Assembly: GCA_902572075.1 (NCBI GenBank)
Contig: CACGER010000005.1
Coordinates: forward strand, 5,590 to 69,589
Direction: 5' to 3'
Length of the DNA: 64,000 bases
Source of the DNA: an uncultured Prochlorococcus sp.
GTDB taxonomy: Bacteria; Cyanobacteriota; Cyanobacteriia; PCC-6307; Cyanobiaceae
Shown: in pieces, positions 62,445-64,000 of the stretch
Numbering within the stretch: position 1 is the stretch's first letter
How the letters are laid out: every line of letters begins with the position of its first letter
Translations under genes and position numbers: made by a program
Notes under the pieces: generated by a model
Databases searched by the model: none
What the model was told of the DNA's origin: nothing
Seen by the model: the letters and a program-made list of their open reading frames with translations, nothing else

Positions 62445-62618
62445 ATGACTACTTTAACTTACAGAGGTAAAAACTACGTTCAAAACAAAGAAGCTGCTAA
62501 AAAGCAACTTGTTGAACTTACCTACAGAAGAAACGTATACACCAACAGAATGGATGACGCTTCTTCAAGTAATGAAAAAGCAGAATTAAATTACAGAGGT
62601 GTTAATTACACTAAATAA
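62445..62618 (+). CDS. DUF4278 family small protein (57 aa)
   Basis: MTTLTYRGKNY...LTYRRNVY...LNYRGVNYTK; the ORF-track start at 62409 lies inside the riboswitch, so ATG 62445 is preferred. Confidence 0.85.
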   Translation: MTTLTYRGKNYVQNKEAAKKQLVELTYRRNVYTNRMDDASSSNEKAELNYRGVNYTK

Positions 62619-62634
62619 TTTAATTAAACAAATT

Positions 62635-62665
62635 AAAAGCCCCTTTTCCAGGGGCTTTTTTTTTT
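62635..62665 (+). terminator. Rho-independent terminator
   Basis: AAAAGCCCCT-tttcc-AGGGGCTTTT continuing into a 10-T run. Confidence 0.9.
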
Positions 62666-62696
62666 GGCTATATTTATCAAGAGTCCCTTAAAAAAT

Positions 62697-63479
62697 ATGT
62701 CTGAAAGTTGCTGTAACACAAACACATCTAGTCAATTCGATCATAAAGATGCGATTCAAGAAAGATATGGTTCAGCTGCACAAGAACAAGAAAGTTGTCT
62801 TTGTACACCAGTTGGGTTTAATCCCGTTTTACTTGAAGCAATTCCTCAAGAAATTATAGAAAGAGACTACGGGTGTGGTGATCCAACAAAATATGTTCAA
62901 AAAAATGATATAGTCTTAGATCTTGGAAGTGGTAGCGGCAAAAATGCTTTCATTTGTGCCCAAATTGTTGGGAAGAAAGGGAAAGTTATTGGAGTTGATC
63001 AGAATCCTGACATGCTTTCTTTATCAAGATCAGCCTCTAAAGAAGTTACAAAAAATATAGGTTTCAACAATACAGAATTTCTAGAAGGTTCAATTGAAAA
63101 ACTTGATGAATTAGATAAAGATTTAAATCCATTAATCGCAGATAAATCAGTTGATATTATATTAAGTAATTGCGTTTTAAACCTGGTAAGTCCAGAATCT
63201 AGAAAAAACCTTCTAAGAAATATAAAAAGAGTTTTAAATGATAATGGAAGAATTGCAATTAGCGATATCGTCTCTAACAAAAAAGTTCCTTTAAGATTGC
63301 AAAATGATCATGATTTATGGACAGGATGTATTAGTGGAGCATGGTATGAGCCAGAGTTGATAAGTGATTTTAAAGAACTAGGATTTAAAAATTTAAAATT
63401 TTCAGAAAGGAGTGCTGAACCTTGGAAGGTAATTGAGGATATTGAATTTAGAACAGTAACTTTAGTAGGCAACATTTAA
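62697..63479 (+). CDS. arsM: ArsM-like SAM-dependent (arsenite) methyltransferase
   Basis: CC and CLC near the N-terminus, YGCGDP, LDLGSGSG, SNCVLNL, GCISGA; ATG 62697 preferred. Confidence 0.75.
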   Translation: MSESCCNTNTSSQFDHKDAIQERYGSAAQEQESCLCTPVGFNPVLLEAIPQEIIERDYGCGDPTKYVQKNDIVLDLGSGSGKNAFICAQIVGKKGKVIGVDQNPDMLSLSRSASKEVTKNIGFNNTEFLEGSIEKLDELDKDLNPLIADKSVDIILSNCVLNLVSPESRKNLLRNIKRVLNDNGRIAISDIVSNKKVPLRLQNDHDLWTGCISGAWYEPELISDFKELGFKNLKFSERSAEPWKVIEDIEFRTVTLVGNI

Positions 63480-63515
63480 AAAAATTCAAGAGTTGAAAAT
63501 ATAATGTAAATTTCC

Positions 63516-64000
63516 ATGAGAAATAATCTAAGAGATCAAATACCCGCATTAAAAAATAAGTATTATTTCAACTATGGCGGTCAAGGACCATTACCAAAAT
63601 CTTCTCTAGAAGCAATAGTTAAAACTTGGGAAATTATCCAAGATTTAGGACCATTTACCAATGATATGTGGCCTTTTATTTACAAAGAAATATTGACCAC
63701 AAAAAGAATCATTGCGCAAAAATTAGGTGTCAATTCAAAGAATGTAGCTTTTACCGAAAATATCTCTTCCGGTATGATTTTGCCCTTTTGGGGAATAAAA
63801 GTAGAAGAGGGAGAAGAGTTGTTAATAAGTGACTGTGAACATCCTGGAGTAGTGGCTGCAAGTCGAGAATTTTGCAAAAGAAATAAATTAATATTCAAAA
63901 TTTTGCCAATCCAAAAAATTAAAAATCTAAACGAAAAAAATATAATTTTAGAGATTTTGAAAAATCTAAATAGTAAGACTAAGATCCTAATTATTTCTCA
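63516..64000 (+). CDS. Class-V PLP aminotransferase, L-cysteine/cystine lyase-like (truncated by window end)
   Basis: Hand translation MRNNLRDQIPALKNKYYFNYGGQGPLP...AFTENISSG...SDCEHPG; open to the window end. Confidence 0.85.
   Translation, partial: MRNNLRDQIPALKNKYYFNYGGQGPLPKSSLEAIVKTWEIIQDLGPFTNDMWPFIYKEILTTKRIIAQKLGVNSKNVAFTENISSGMILPFWGIKVEEGEELLISDCEHPGVVAASREFCKRNKLIFKILPIQKIKNLNEKNIILEILKNLNSKTKILIIS

Noticed and set aside
719-63898. Other short ORF-track entries nested in or antisense to identified genes (e.g. 4622, 8742, 18093, 33728, 42882, 48802, 62999, 63680)
   Set aside because: Overlap well-supported genes and show no protein family signal.

Overview
AT-rich, gene-dense cyanobacterial DNA. 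The gene content (psaF/J, petC/A, chlG, hli, ctaA-E, ndhB, PSHCP) and my recollection of the gene order point to the core chromosome of a high-light Prochlorococcus marinus; this is an inference, not a database result. The window runs from the 3' end of xthA through hemL, rplS-tRNA-Trp-PSHCP-tRNA-Asp-gltX, psaFJ, tatC, petCA, groEL2, the cytochrome c oxidase cluster, topA, ndhB, chlG, rsmB, a photolyase operon, lepA and mqo to an ArsM-like methyltransferase and a truncated class-V aminotransferase. I saw no integrase, transposase, prophage, CRISPR array or rRNA. Several genes missing from the ORF track were read by hand: xthA end, hli, psaJ, DUF2256, two 59-aa ORFs and the terminal cysteine lyase. 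The best candidates for under-described biology are: (1) a self-contained NtcA box + glutamine-II riboswitch + triple-repeat DUF4278 peptide unit at ~62.3-62.7 kb, with a possible start-codon-sequestering switch; (2) a tightly coupled DCC-TIGR03643-DUF2256-photolyase operon in which the photolyase lacks the FeS cysteines and the coupled peptide has them in zinc-finger-like spacing; (3) a cluster of apparently non-catalytic nucleotide-binding proteins (DRTGG, SLOG, YajQ); (4) a DUF2232-cobT-orphan binding protein module. None can be shown to be a wholly new system from sequence alone.
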